Source of the DNA: a virus
Taxonomy: Duplodnaviria > Heunggongvirae > Uroviricota > Caudoviricetes
Length of the DNA: 29,913 nt
Virus record (IMG/VR): IMGVR_UViG_2724678986_000028
Strand: one strand, 5' to 3'
Shown: positions 1-7,898 of the stretch, in pieces
How the letters are laid out: each line of letters opens with the position of its first letter
Numbering within the stretch: position 1 is the first letter of the stretch
Program-made: the position numbers and the translations under genes
The notes under the pieces: model-generated
What the model was told of the DNA's origin: nothing
The model's input: only the letters and a program-made list of their open reading frames with translations
Database searches by the model: none

Positions 1-1002
1 TTACCCTCTATTGTCAAAAGGGTTCAATTCAACAGCAGCCTCTAAATGACCTGGAGCAAAATGCGCATAACGCATAGTCATTTTTATATCGCTATGCCCC
101 AGTATTTTTTGCAACACAAGAATATTTCCGCCCCGCATCATAAAATGACTGGCAAACGTGTGACGTAGCACATGAGTTAATTGCCCATCAGGAAGCTCGA
201 TCTTCGCTCTCTTAATTGCAGCGTCAAAAGCCTCATAACATGGTGAAAATAGCGCTCCTCGTTTTTGAGGAAGCATAGCCTGCAATTGAGGTGAAATCGG
301 TACAGTGCGGTTCTTCTTTCCTTTAGTTTTAACAAATGTGATTCGACCGGGCAGTACTTGAGATTGCTTTAATCCTTCAGCTTCACTCCACCGAGCACCA
401 GTCGCAAGCCCAATACGGACAACAACCCCCAAATCTTTATTCCGTGACTCATCACACGCAATCAGAAGGCGTTCAATCTCATCTACATACAGAAACGCCA
501 GTTCCTTTTCTTCCTCACGAAACTTGCGAATACCAGTCAGGGGGTTTTCACCAGACCACTCCCCAAGGCGCTTCAGTTCGGCAAAAACAGCATGTAGATA
601 TGACTGCTCGCGATTAACGGTTGCTTCACTAAGTTTTTTCTTCCCCTTGGGATTCCATTCTCCTGATAGCCTTCTTTCCCGATAAGTAGCAAACATATTT
701 TTGTCAAACTGAGAAGCAAATGGATCCCCCAGCCTGGAACAAATCGCCTCAAGTTTGACTTTGCGCTCTGCACCAGAGGACAAGGTTTTACCGTACATCT
801 CAAACCAACGAGCAATCAACTCAGAAAGACGAGGACCAGAACCATCTTGAAACTCGTCTCCAACTCTACTATTCATTAAACGGCGCTCATAAGAGAGCGC
901 CTCACTTTTTGTCGCAAACTGTTTACGAATGCGTTTTCCCGATGCCCCGTAGGGATAACATTCGCAAAGCCATTTACCTGATGGAATCTTACGAACCGAC
1001 AT
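1..1002 (-). CDS. int: P2-family tyrosine integrase
   Basis: Complete 333-aa ORF (stop at 1-3). C-terminal catalytic region shows HxxR (VLRHTFASH) and the terminal Tyr context (KMTMRYAHF). Lies at the prophage edge, co-directional with the repressor as in P2. Confidence 0.9.
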   Translation of the reverse strand: MSVRKIPSGKWLCECYPYGASGKRIRKQFATKSEALSYERRLMNSRVGDEFQDGSGPRLSELIARWFEMYGKTLSSGAERKVKLEAICSRLGDPFASQFDKNMFATYRERRLSGEWNPKGKKKLSEATVNREQSYLHAVFAELKRLGEWSGENPLTGIRKFREEEKELAFLYVDEIERLLIACDESRNKDLGVVVRIGLATGARWSEAEGLKQSQVLPGRITFVKTKGKKNRTVPISPQLQAMLPQKRGALFSPCYEAFDAAIKRAKIELPDGQLTHVLRHTFASHFMMRGGNILVLQKILGHSDIKMTMRYAHFAPGHLEAAVELNPFDNRG

Positions 1003-1007
1003 TTTAG

Positions 1008-1355
1008 TTACTTATCACATAAATCAAATGCAGCCTTAGTGACATCCCCCAGACTCTTTTTTAACCCTGGGGCGGCATCATTATCTAGCCAAAATGGATT
1101 ATTGTTATCTAACGGTAACGCACCAAATGTTTTACCTTTTATTCGAGCTAAACCTGTAAGCGCATATAACTTATTATCGTCAAAATTCATCACATAAGGA
1201 TTACCATCAAGACACTGTAATTGAACCTCATCAGTATTAAATGGCCATACCCCATTGAAACTCTCACGTTCAATAGTTTTAAAAGGCATTGCGACGGCGG
1301 AAAAAGAAAACATAGATAAAAAAGTAACTAATAGTTGAACCTTTTTTACTTTCAT
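1008..1355 (-). CDS. Small secreted protein, unknown function (cargo)
   Basis: 115 aa with an N-terminal signal-peptide-like segment (MKVKKVQLLVTFLSMFSFSAVA) and two Cys in the mature part. AT-richer than the phage backbone. Only 5 nt from the int start. Family unassigned; a DUF2511/YebY-like fold is a guess only. Confidence 0.6.
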   Translation of the reverse strand: MKVKKVQLLVTFLSMFSFSAVAMPFKTIERESFNGVWPFNTDEVQLQCLDGNPYVMNFDDNKLYALTGLARIKGKTFGALPLDNNNPFWLDNDAAPGLKKSLGDVTKAAFDLCDK

Positions 1356-1384
1356 ATCATTACCTCAATTTAGCTCAAGTAAGA

Positions 1385-2035
1385 TTACAAATTAAAAAAC
1401 ACCCTAGAAATGGCACCGCCTACCAAAACCCCTACGCAGATAAAGAATATTATTTCTTTTGGATAAAGTCGGATTAATTCTGAAGCACGAAGTCGAACTT
1501 CTGGTAAGGCCGAACTCTCTGTGTGACTTGATGCCGATTGTTGCTCTAACCACGACAATGCAGACTGTAACTGAGAACGAGTAAGATCGTTTAAACGTCC
1601 TGTACCGAAATTGATATGGCAATACCGCAGAAGTTTTTGTCGAAGTCCACAGTCTTCACTGTTACGTAGTAATAAACTTACAAGAGTCTTACAGGCATCA
1701 TGATCTTTACATCGCTCAAGCATTGCATGCAGAAAACTCTCCGCTGTTTTATATTGATTTACTGTCATATCATCAATACCAGCTACACCAATCTCCGCAT
1801 GTACTTTTTGCCAAATAATAAACGCTTCAGTATTGCTAGCTTCTGCAATAGCAGCAACCAAGCTATTTAGCTCCTTACGCTGAGCCTTAAGCAAAGGGCG
1901 ATCGTCATCATCATTATTCGAAGGGATTGCGATATTGACGGTATGAGAACCATCATATCGCTCTATCTGAATATTCTTTTCGTGAAAATCACGCCCAGCA
2001 ACGCGATTGTTTGAACCGTTTGAGTTGACGGCCAT
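1385..2035 (-). CDS. Tail-anchored membrane protein, unknown function (cargo)
   Basis: 216 aa with a single C-terminal hydrophobic helix (EIIFFICVGVLVGGAISRVFF). GGGAGG RBS 4 nt before the ATG; start lies 15 nt after the repressor stop. The N-terminus carries a motif also found at the repressor C-terminus. Confidence 0.6.
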   Translation of the reverse strand: MAVNSNGSNNRVAGRDFHEKNIQIERYDGSHTVNIAIPSNNDDDDRPLLKAQRKELNSLVAAIAEASNTEAFIIWQKVHAEIGVAGIDDMTVNQYKTAESFLHAMLERCKDHDACKTLVSLLLRNSEDCGLRQKLLRYCHINFGTGRLNDLTRSQLQSALSWLEQQSASSHTESSALPEVRLRASELIRLYPKEIIFFICVGVLVGGAISRVFFNL

Positions 2036-2050
2036 GTCACCTCCCTACTA

Positions 2051-2455
2051 TCACCTACCCTTAGTTTCGTTATAGTCACGACCAGCGATACGGTTATTAC
2101 CACCAGAAATATTTAACTCACGTCCTGATGGCTGAGTTTCCTTTTCACTGATCGCACCTTTTAAAGCCCCGATCACCGCGTTTTTCACATCTAACGAAGC
2201 TGCTCGAAAGCGAGTAATCAACTCCTGCTCATCATCGTTATAAGTTTCAGGTGAGTGAATTCCCAACACAACATACTGAACATCAAGGCCAAAACGAGAC
2301 AGCGCTGCCAAATACGCAGCATCAGGAAAGCTATCTCCTTTCTCATATCTAAGCTGAGTTAGCTTTTTGACTCCACCAATGTCGCTCATGGCAACTTGAC
2401 TAAGTCCCAATCTTTCCCTTTCCTCACGCAACCGCTGACCAATATCATTTTTCAT
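2051..2455 (-). CDS. Immunity repressor, XRE-type HTH (P2 C / 186 CI position)
   Basis: 134 aa; N-terminal HTH (LGLSQVAMSDIGGVKKLTQLRYEKG). Divergent from the early operon and first gene of the leftward repressor-int operon. Confidence 0.75.
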   Translation of the reverse strand: MKNDIGQRLREERERLGLSQVAMSDIGGVKKLTQLRYEKGDSFPDAAYLAALSRFGLDVQYVVLGIHSPETYNDDEQELITRFRAASLDVKNAVIGALKGAISEKETQPSGRELNISGGNNRIAGRDYNETKGR

Positions 2456-2530
2456 ACAAAAACCTTGACAGGTATCTTTTTTGATACCAAAATGATTTCA
2501 CGAGCTATTAGATGATCACAATATACCACT
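2456..2530. promoter_or_regulatory. Divergent lysis-lysogeny switch region with candidate early promoter and operator dyad
   Basis: TTGACA at 2465-2470; a perfect inverted repeat GGTATC(2471-2476)/GATACC(2483-2488) fills the spacer; weak -10-like CAAAAT at 2488-2493. Sits between the divergent repressor and early-operon starts. Confidence 0.4.
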
Positions 2531-2737
2531 ATGAAACAAGTTCTTCACGATACCAGATCACGCATTCCGCGTAACACCGCCACAGGTCCAAGACTGGCAC
2601 TTCGGCTGTCCCTCGAGGAGCGAGCCGTCATTGATGAAATGGCAGCTAAAGAACAACGCTCATCCTCTAACATGGCGCGCATGATCTTCCTTCGCGGCCT
2701 AGAGCTAACCCAGAAAGAACAAAACAAATCTTCCTGA
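2531..2737 (+). CDS. Small ribbon-helix-helix-like regulator, first early gene
   Basis: 68 aa; beta-strand-plus-helix pattern RLALRLSLEERAVIDEMAAKEQ typical of RHH/CopG-type DNA binders. No clear SD, so the start is uncertain. Confidence 0.5.
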   Translation: MKQVLHDTRSRIPRNTATGPRLALRLSLEERAVIDEMAAKEQRSSSNMARMIFLRGLELTQKEQNKSS

Positions 2738-2753
2738 TCAGGAGGCTAGTGGG

Positions 2754-2957
2754 ATGTCAGGTATAACCATCAATATCAATGTGAATGCCCCCTATGTATC
2801 CCTGCAGAAATATGCAGAGATAACAGGTATCCCTCTTAATACATGCAAAAAGATGTTGGCTGACGGTCGAATTATTATCCGCCCCAAACGCGCCAAAATG
2901 GAAAAGCCTGAAGTAAACCTTGTGGCGATGTTAAAAGACGCTTTGGCTAACAGCTAA
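2754..2957 (+). CDS. Cox/Apl-like small HTH protein (excisionase/early repressor candidate)
   Basis: 67 aa; GGAGG RBS 9 nt upstream. The segment PYVSLQKYAEITGIPLNTCKKMLADGRIII resembles the Cox/Xis-type DNA-binding region as I recall it. Confidence 0.5.
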   Translation: MSGITININVNAPYVSLQKYAEITGIPLNTCKKMLADGRIIIRPKRAKMEKPEVNLVAMLKDALANS

Positions 2958-2978
2958 AACAATGAACAGAGCATCATC

Positions 2979-3329
2979 ATGAAAAAAAACACTAATAATC
3001 CATACTCCAAATTTCGTAATGGCGTAGAACGCCATGTACACCACGTCGCTACCAGTGCATCACGTAGTAACAGCCGCTATAACCTGAACGAGACGCACGC
3101 AACACCAGATGGGCACGCTGTAAAACAAATCGGCGAACACACCTGGCTGATTGAGAAAGCTGGAATCGTGGTTCACAGATGCCCACACAATCCGTTTACC
3201 GGAAACCGCATTTTTGCATTAAGCAGCGGCGATAATCAGTTCGGGCAGGATTTCACATTGTACGAAGCACTACGCACAGTCGATCGTCTGCTTCGCGGGC
3301 AAAGTTTTATTAAACAGGCTGCTTTATAA
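2979..3329 (+). CDS. Early-operon hypothetical protein
   Basis: 116-aa ORF co-directional in the early operon; no recognisable motif. Confidence 0.5.
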   Translation: MKKNTNNPYSKFRNGVERHVHHVATSASRSNSRYNLNETHATPDGHAVKQIGEHTWLIEKAGIVVHRCPHNPFTGNRIFALSSGDNQFGQDFTLYEALRTVDRLLRGQSFIKQAAL

Positions 3330-3339
3330 CAGGTGCTTT

Positions 3340-3618
3340 ATGACTAAAGACCATGCACAAGGTGTATTTATCCGCTTTATTGATTTTCGCGGTGAACTGT
3401 TATTACGCGCATCAGCTATTGACGGAGTAGTTCCATCTGAAAAAAACGCAGCTACCTACGTTTATCTGAACGGTACACGCCTGACTGTAGAGCTTCCGTA
3501 CCAGATCATTCGCGAAATAATTAGCGAAGCCGAAAAATCTCGTCAGGTTAATGGCGATGAACCCTATATCGAGATTATCTGCATGGATTCAGAAGCTGAA
3601 ATTCAGAAAGCAGATTAA
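3340..3618 (+). CDS. Early-operon hypothetical protein
   Basis: 92-aa ORF, tightly packed in the early operon; no recognisable motif. Confidence 0.5.
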   Translation: MTKDHAQGVFIRFIDFRGELLLRASAIDGVVPSEKNAATYVYLNGTRLTVELPYQIIREIISEAEKSRQVNGDEPYIEIICMDSEAEIQKAD

Positions 3619-3629
3619 AGGGTGTTGCG

Positions 3630-3872
3630 ATGGATAAAGAATATAAAACTCTCATCAACAAAGCACTTGAGCGTTTTTATTTTCGTTTAAGCGCATCCGG
3701 CGCTCATTCAGAACGTGCAGCCCGTGACTCATTGACCAGGGCTATCCGGAGTCTGTATGACGTAGCTTTTTACGCTGACGATCTGGATGCACTTAATGAA
3801 CTTTCTGAGCTTATCTGCGCCGCAGAATGCGGGGAGCATATTGAGCCGTACAAACTGGGAAATATCGCATGA
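3630..3872 (+). CDS. Early-operon hypothetical protein
   Basis: 80-aa ORF, tightly packed in the early operon. Confidence 0.5.
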   Translation: MDKEYKTLINKALERFYFRLSASGAHSERAARDSLTRAIRSLYDVAFYADDLDALNELSELICAAECGEHIEPYKLGNIA

Positions 3873-3982
3873 GTATATTTATATCCTGGATTGTTCTTAT
3901 TATTTCGGTGGTTTGTGCAATTGGTATTATGCGAATTATTAATTCAGTAAAAAAGATTGAACGCTTTTTCACTGGCGAATAA
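3869..3982 (+). CDS. Candidate 37-aa single-pass membrane peptide
   Basis: Not in the ORF track (too short). ATG at 3869 overlaps the preceding stop as ATGA. Translation MSIFISWIVLIISVVCAIGIMRIINSVKKIERFFTGE has a hydrophobic core and a basic C-terminus. Confidence 0.35.
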   Translation: MSIFISWIVLIISVVCAIGIMRIINSVKKIERFFTGE

Positions 3983-4068
3983 CCGCATAAATAAAACCCC
4001 AGCTTAAATAAAAAAATGTGAACACAATCTGCATTCGCAGAGGTATTCACACACACCAAGGAGGCGTA

Positions 4069-4272
4069 ATGGCAATTAAGCATTTTCCTGTCGTTCGTTT
4101 CACCTCCAGAGGACGTGAATACGAAGTCGACGAACGTCTGATTACCACAATCGACAAACACCGCTCAGAAAAGGATGCACACCACATCTATCTCACTGAC
4201 GGCACTTACTTTTGCGCCACTAATGTGGCGCGGGTGAATCTTATCCGACAGGTACAGGATCCACGCAAATGA
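4069..4272 (+). CDS. Early-operon hypothetical protein
   Basis: AAGGAGG at 4058-4064, 4 nt before ATG 4069. The track ORF from 4018 is likely an N-terminal over-extension. 67 aa. Confidence 0.5.
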   Translation: MAIKHFPVVRFTSRGREYEVDERLITTIDKHRSEKDAHHIYLTDGTYFCATNVARVNLIRQVQDPRK

Positions 4273-4487
4273 GTAGGAGAAGAATCACTCGCAGACATCA
4301 CCGAACACACCTGAGTTCCTCAGCAACGCTAAAGGCACTTATTCAAAGCGAGATCGGTGATTTCTTCGCGGGAGTTGGCTCACCAGGCGAACCAGAAACA
4401 CCAGAAGCGATGCAGCGTGAGCTCATGATACGCATAGATAACACTTTTGATTTCTTCTACAGCATGCACGGAATTAAACAGAAATGA
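4269..4487 (+). CDS. Early-operon hypothetical protein (Arg-rich N-terminus)
   Basis: 72-aa ORF; ATGA overlap with the upstream gene. Confidence 0.4.
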   Translation: MSRRRITRRHHRTHLSSSATLKALIQSEIGDFFAGVGSPGEPETPEAMQRELMIRIDNTFDFFYSMHGIKQK

Positions 4488-4595
4488 ACCTCAAGCCAGC
4501 AATAACTACTCGTAGAACGTCAATTCCTGTAACCGACCGCTTCTGAGTTTTTTGGCAGGAAGCCTTCGCACATCTGTAGTAAAGAGAATTGCAGC

Positions 4596-4985
4596 ATGAT
4601 TGACGCTCATGACTTCACAAGATGGGTGCGCACACAGGACACCCGTCTGGCTCCCATTCTTCGGGGATTATTTGATCTCTACATTCGTGGTCGTGACAAC
4701 AGAGCACGCACCACAAAACCGGAGAATGTGGATACCCTTTATTTCACAGTAGACGACTGCTACCGCGTGGACTTCACACCACACGGACTGGCGTTGCACT
4801 GCCTGACACCGCACGGCGAATCACTGCTGGCGTATTACGACTCCCCGGCCTCCGTATTTGCGGCAATGCTGGCGCATCGCACTGCTGGCGGGTGTGTCTC
4901 GCTGAGTGAATACACCGCTGAATTTAACCGCCTTTCCACCATCTTCTTGCAGGAGTGGCAGCGCGTGACGGGATACCAGCCATGA
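4596..4985 (+). CDS. Hypothetical protein immediately upstream of the replication gene
   Basis: 129-aa ORF; its stop overlaps the gpA start as ATGA. Confidence 0.5.
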   Translation: MIDAHDFTRWVRTQDTRLAPILRGLFDLYIRGRDNRARTTKPENVDTLYFTVDDCYRVDFTPHGLALHCLTPHGESLLAYYDSPASVFAAMLAHRTAGGCVSLSEYTAEFNRLSTIFLQEWQRVTGYQP

Positions 4986-7822
4986 GTGCGTTTGCATGGA
5001 GCTGGAATGAACCACGGCCAGCCATTGATCCGGCCAGATTTACGGAGCGCAGGCAGGAAACTGAAACCGACCTGCAACGCGCCATCCGTTACTACCTTGA
5101 GGCAAACAAAAGGGCACAGGAAGAACAGGAAGCGAAGGAGGAAGCCTTTTTCGCACAATCCACCGTGGGTAAAAAACTCATGGCATCCCTTGAGGAAGCC
5201 GGACAGCGTGAAAAGCTGGCACAAAGCATCATCAGCAAGCGTCAGGCAACAGAACAAGACCCGGTGGCCCGTGCTTTTGCCACACTGAAGGTGCTTCCCG
5301 TTTATCTGCGTGAACCTCTGAGCCGCCACCTCTCTTTTCTGCGCAAGAAGCAGGAAGCCGATCGTCAGAAAGGCAAAAAGAGCTGGCAGGCTGAACGCTA
5401 CGCGCGCGGAACCCTGCGCAAAATATTCGAACGTCTGGACCGCACCGACAGCCGCTGGCTGACACCGGGCTATCGCTCCCTTGCCGGACGCGAACGCCTG
5501 GACGATTTGCTTTACCTGCCGCAGCTCAACAAACACCAGATACAGACGCTGGCCACCATGACGGCGGCGATGTTCAGTGGCACTTTTGAAAAACTCTGCG
5601 ATGGCTTTGGCGCGACCGATGGCGAGCTGACCATGGATGTAACGCTGAAGGCGTATCAGATGCTGGCCCGCATGGCGTTACACCTGCACGCTATGCCTCC
5701 ACATTATGACGCTCTGACAACAGACAAAGACCGGAGGAATGAACCGGACACGGAGCTGCTGCCGGGCGCAATCCTTCGCCTGACCTGTGCGGAATGGTGG
5801 AAACGCAAACTGTGGCTGTTACGTTGCGAGTGGAGAGAAGAACAACTCCGCGCCGCCTGTCTGGTTTCCAGAAAAACATCACCCTATCTGAGCCAGGACG
5901 CGTTAAGCGAGTTTCGCGCACAGCGCGAGAAAACACGCGATTTCCTGAAAAGTTTCATGCTGGAAAACGAAGACGGGTTCACGATTGATCTCGAGACAGT
6001 GTATTACGCGGGAGTAAGTAACCCGATTCACCGTAAGGCAGAAATGATGGCCACCATGAAGGGGCTGGAACTTCTGGCCGAAGCCCGTGGCGACAGAGCG
6101 GTGTTTCTGACTGTCACCTGCCCGTCAAAATACCACGCCACAACAGAGAACGGTCATCCGAATCCCAAATGGAACGGGGCCACCATGCGCGACTCCAGCG
6201 ATTACCTGGTTAACACGTTTTTTGCGGCGGTCCGCAAGAAACTGAACCGCGACGGCCTGCGCTGGTATGGCATCCGCACGGTGGAGCCTCACCATGACGG
6301 CACCGTGCACTGGCATATGATGGTCTTTGCTCATCCGGAAGAAATCGACACCATTGTGTCCCACACCCGCGATATTGCCATTCAGGAAGACCGCCACGAG
6401 CTGGGCAATGATATTACTCCGCGCTTTAAGGTGGAGTATGTCGACGGCTCAAAAGGCACGCCAACCAGCTACATCGCCACCTACATCGGAAAGAACCTGG
6501 ACAGCCGCGCCGTGGATGGCATCGACCCGAAAACGGGCAAGCCACGCGTTGACCACGAAACCGGAAAATCAATGGCCGAGAGCGTGGAACGCGCCATCGG
6601 CTGGGCACGCCTTCACCGGGTCCGCCAGTTCCAGTTCTTTGGCATCCCCTCCCGTCAGGTATGGCGTGAACTCCGCCGCCTTGCCAGCCAGATGGCACGC
6701 AACCCGGAAGGCCCACAACGGCTGAAGGATGATGCAATGGATGCGGTACTCGCTGCCGCTGATGCCGGGTGTTTTGCCACCTACATTGAGAAACAGGGCG
6801 GCGTACTTGTTCCACGCAAAGACTACCTGATTCGCACCGCCTACGACCTCGCAGATGAGCTGAACGATTACGGCGAACAGAGCGTACAGATTTACGGGAT
6901 CTGGTCACCACTCATCGGGGAATCCTCCCGTGTGTGCACGCACCCGGATAACTGGAAGCTGGTAAGACGTAAACCGGAAGCGGAAGACAGCACCCGCGAA
7001 AATGGTTTTGACCTTCAGGGCGGCCCTGCCGCCCCTTGGACTCGTGGCAATAACTGTCCCCGTGTACAGGAAACGGACAACAACGGGACAGAACAGCCGG
7101 AAGAAAGGCCAGCACCGTGGCCGCAGCTTCCTGACGGCGTTGACGTGAATGAATGGATGCGCTCACTGAAACGGCACGAACGCCGGGCGCTGATGCGTTC
7201 GCTGCGTGACAAACAGGCAAAAAACAGCAGTGATGAAATGCAGAACTGGACACAGAGCCGCAAACAGCCACGGCCTTTGCCTGATAACCACGAGTTACTC
7301 GCTAAAGAATGGCGGGAGTCTGCTGAATCTCTCGGCCTGCATATCGGTGAACAGCAGATGCAGCACCTGTTACGGGGCGGCAGTCTGTACGTTGACGGCA
7401 GCATCATTGCACCGCAGGGATTTGAAATTGTACGCAAACCAGATACCCGCCCGGACAGCCGAATCACGCAACTCTGGCAGCGCCTGAGCCGTAATCACGG
7501 CGTAAGCAGCACGGAGATCCGCCATAACCCGGTCGCCAGCTATCTGGAACAGCTGGGGGCATCAGACCCCGAAGCCGCCGCACACCTGGCATCCACACTT
7601 CAGCAGGACCAGAACACCATGAAAACCCCCGTTACCGTGCTTTCTGACATGCTGCGCGCCATCCGTGACGCAGTGCACGCACAGAGAATCAGTGAAACCA
7701 CTGAACGCGCCCACCGCAAAGCAGACCTGCTGCGGGGTAGCCTGACCAGTGGAAACAAAAAACAGACAGAAACGGGACTCACAAATCCCGTAAATGAGCA
7801 AAAAACGTGCCGCGATATATGA
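4982..7822 (+). CDS. A: Rolling-circle replication initiator, P2 gpA family (HUH endonuclease)
   Basis: About 946 aa. HUH motif VHWHMMVF and paired-tyrosine motif SYIATYIGKN are visible. First ATG at 4982; the GTG at 4955 in the track has no usable SD. Confidence 0.85.
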   Translation: MSAFAWSWNEPRPAIDPARFTERRQETETDLQRAIRYYLEANKRAQEEQEAKEEAFFAQSTVGKKLMASLEEAGQREKLAQSIISKRQATEQDPVARAFATLKVLPVYLREPLSRHLSFLRKKQEADRQKGKKSWQAERYARGTLRKIFERLDRTDSRWLTPGYRSLAGRERLDDLLYLPQLNKHQIQTLATMTAAMFSGTFEKLCDGFGATDGELTMDVTLKAYQMLARMALHLHAMPPHYDALTTDKDRRNEPDTELLPGAILRLTCAEWWKRKLWLLRCEWREEQLRAACLVSRKTSPYLSQDALSEFRAQREKTRDFLKSFMLENEDGFTIDLETVYYAGVSNPIHRKAEMMATMKGLELLAEARGDRAVFLTVTCPSKYHATTENGHPNPKWNGATMRDSSDYLVNTFFAAVRKKLNRDGLRWYGIRTVEPHHDGTVHWHMMVFAHPEEIDTIVSHTRDIAIQEDRHELGNDITPRFKVEYVDGSKGTPTSYIATYIGKNLDSRAVDGIDPKTGKPRVDHETGKSMAESVERAIGWARLHRVRQFQFFGIPSRQVWRELRRLASQMARNPEGPQRLKDDAMDAVLAAADAGCFATYIEKQGGVLVPRKDYLIRTAYDLADELNDYGEQSVQIYGIWSPLIGESSRVCTHPDNWKLVRRKPEAEDSTRENGFDLQGGPAAPWTRGNNCPRVQETDNNGTEQPEERPAPWPQLPDGVDVNEWMRSLKRHERRALMRSLRDKQAKNSSDEMQNWTQSRKQPRPLPDNHELLAKEWRESAESLGLHIGEQQMQHLLRGGSLYVDGSIIAPQGFEIVRKPDTRPDSRITQLWQRLSRNHGVSSTEIRHNPVASYLEQLGASDPEAAAHLASTLQQDQNTMKTPVTVLSDMLRAIRDAVHAQRISETTERAHRKADLLRGSLTSGNKKQTETGLTNPVNEQKTCRDI

Positions 7823-7868
7823 AGCGCGCACAAAACAGGCAAAAGCGGGATTTAAAAATCCTGTAACC
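7760..7868. repeat. Imperfect direct repeat (two ~36-bp copies, each with an internal dyad) spanning the A 3' end and the parM leader
   Basis: Copy 1 at 7760-7795 (AAACAGACAGAAACGGGACTCACAAATCCCGTAAAT) and copy 2 at 7833-7868 (AAACAGGCAAAAGCGGGATTTAAAAATCCTGTAACC), about 27/36 identical. Each contains a CGGGA...TCCCG-type dyad. Confidence 0.5.
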
Positions 7869-7898
7869 GATTAATTAATCAACACAAGGAAAAGCGAC

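Noticed and set aside
4835-5536. 233-aa minus-strand ORF overlapping the 5' end of gene A and the upstream gene
   Set aside because: Antisense to two well-supported plus-strand genes, no RBS, low-complexity translation; read as a spurious ORF in GC-rich DNA.
6426-7467. Minus-strand ORFs of 161, 119 and 150 aa inside gene A
   Set aside because: Arg/Cys/Ser-rich translations typical of antisense frames in GC-rich coding sequence; fully contained in gpA.
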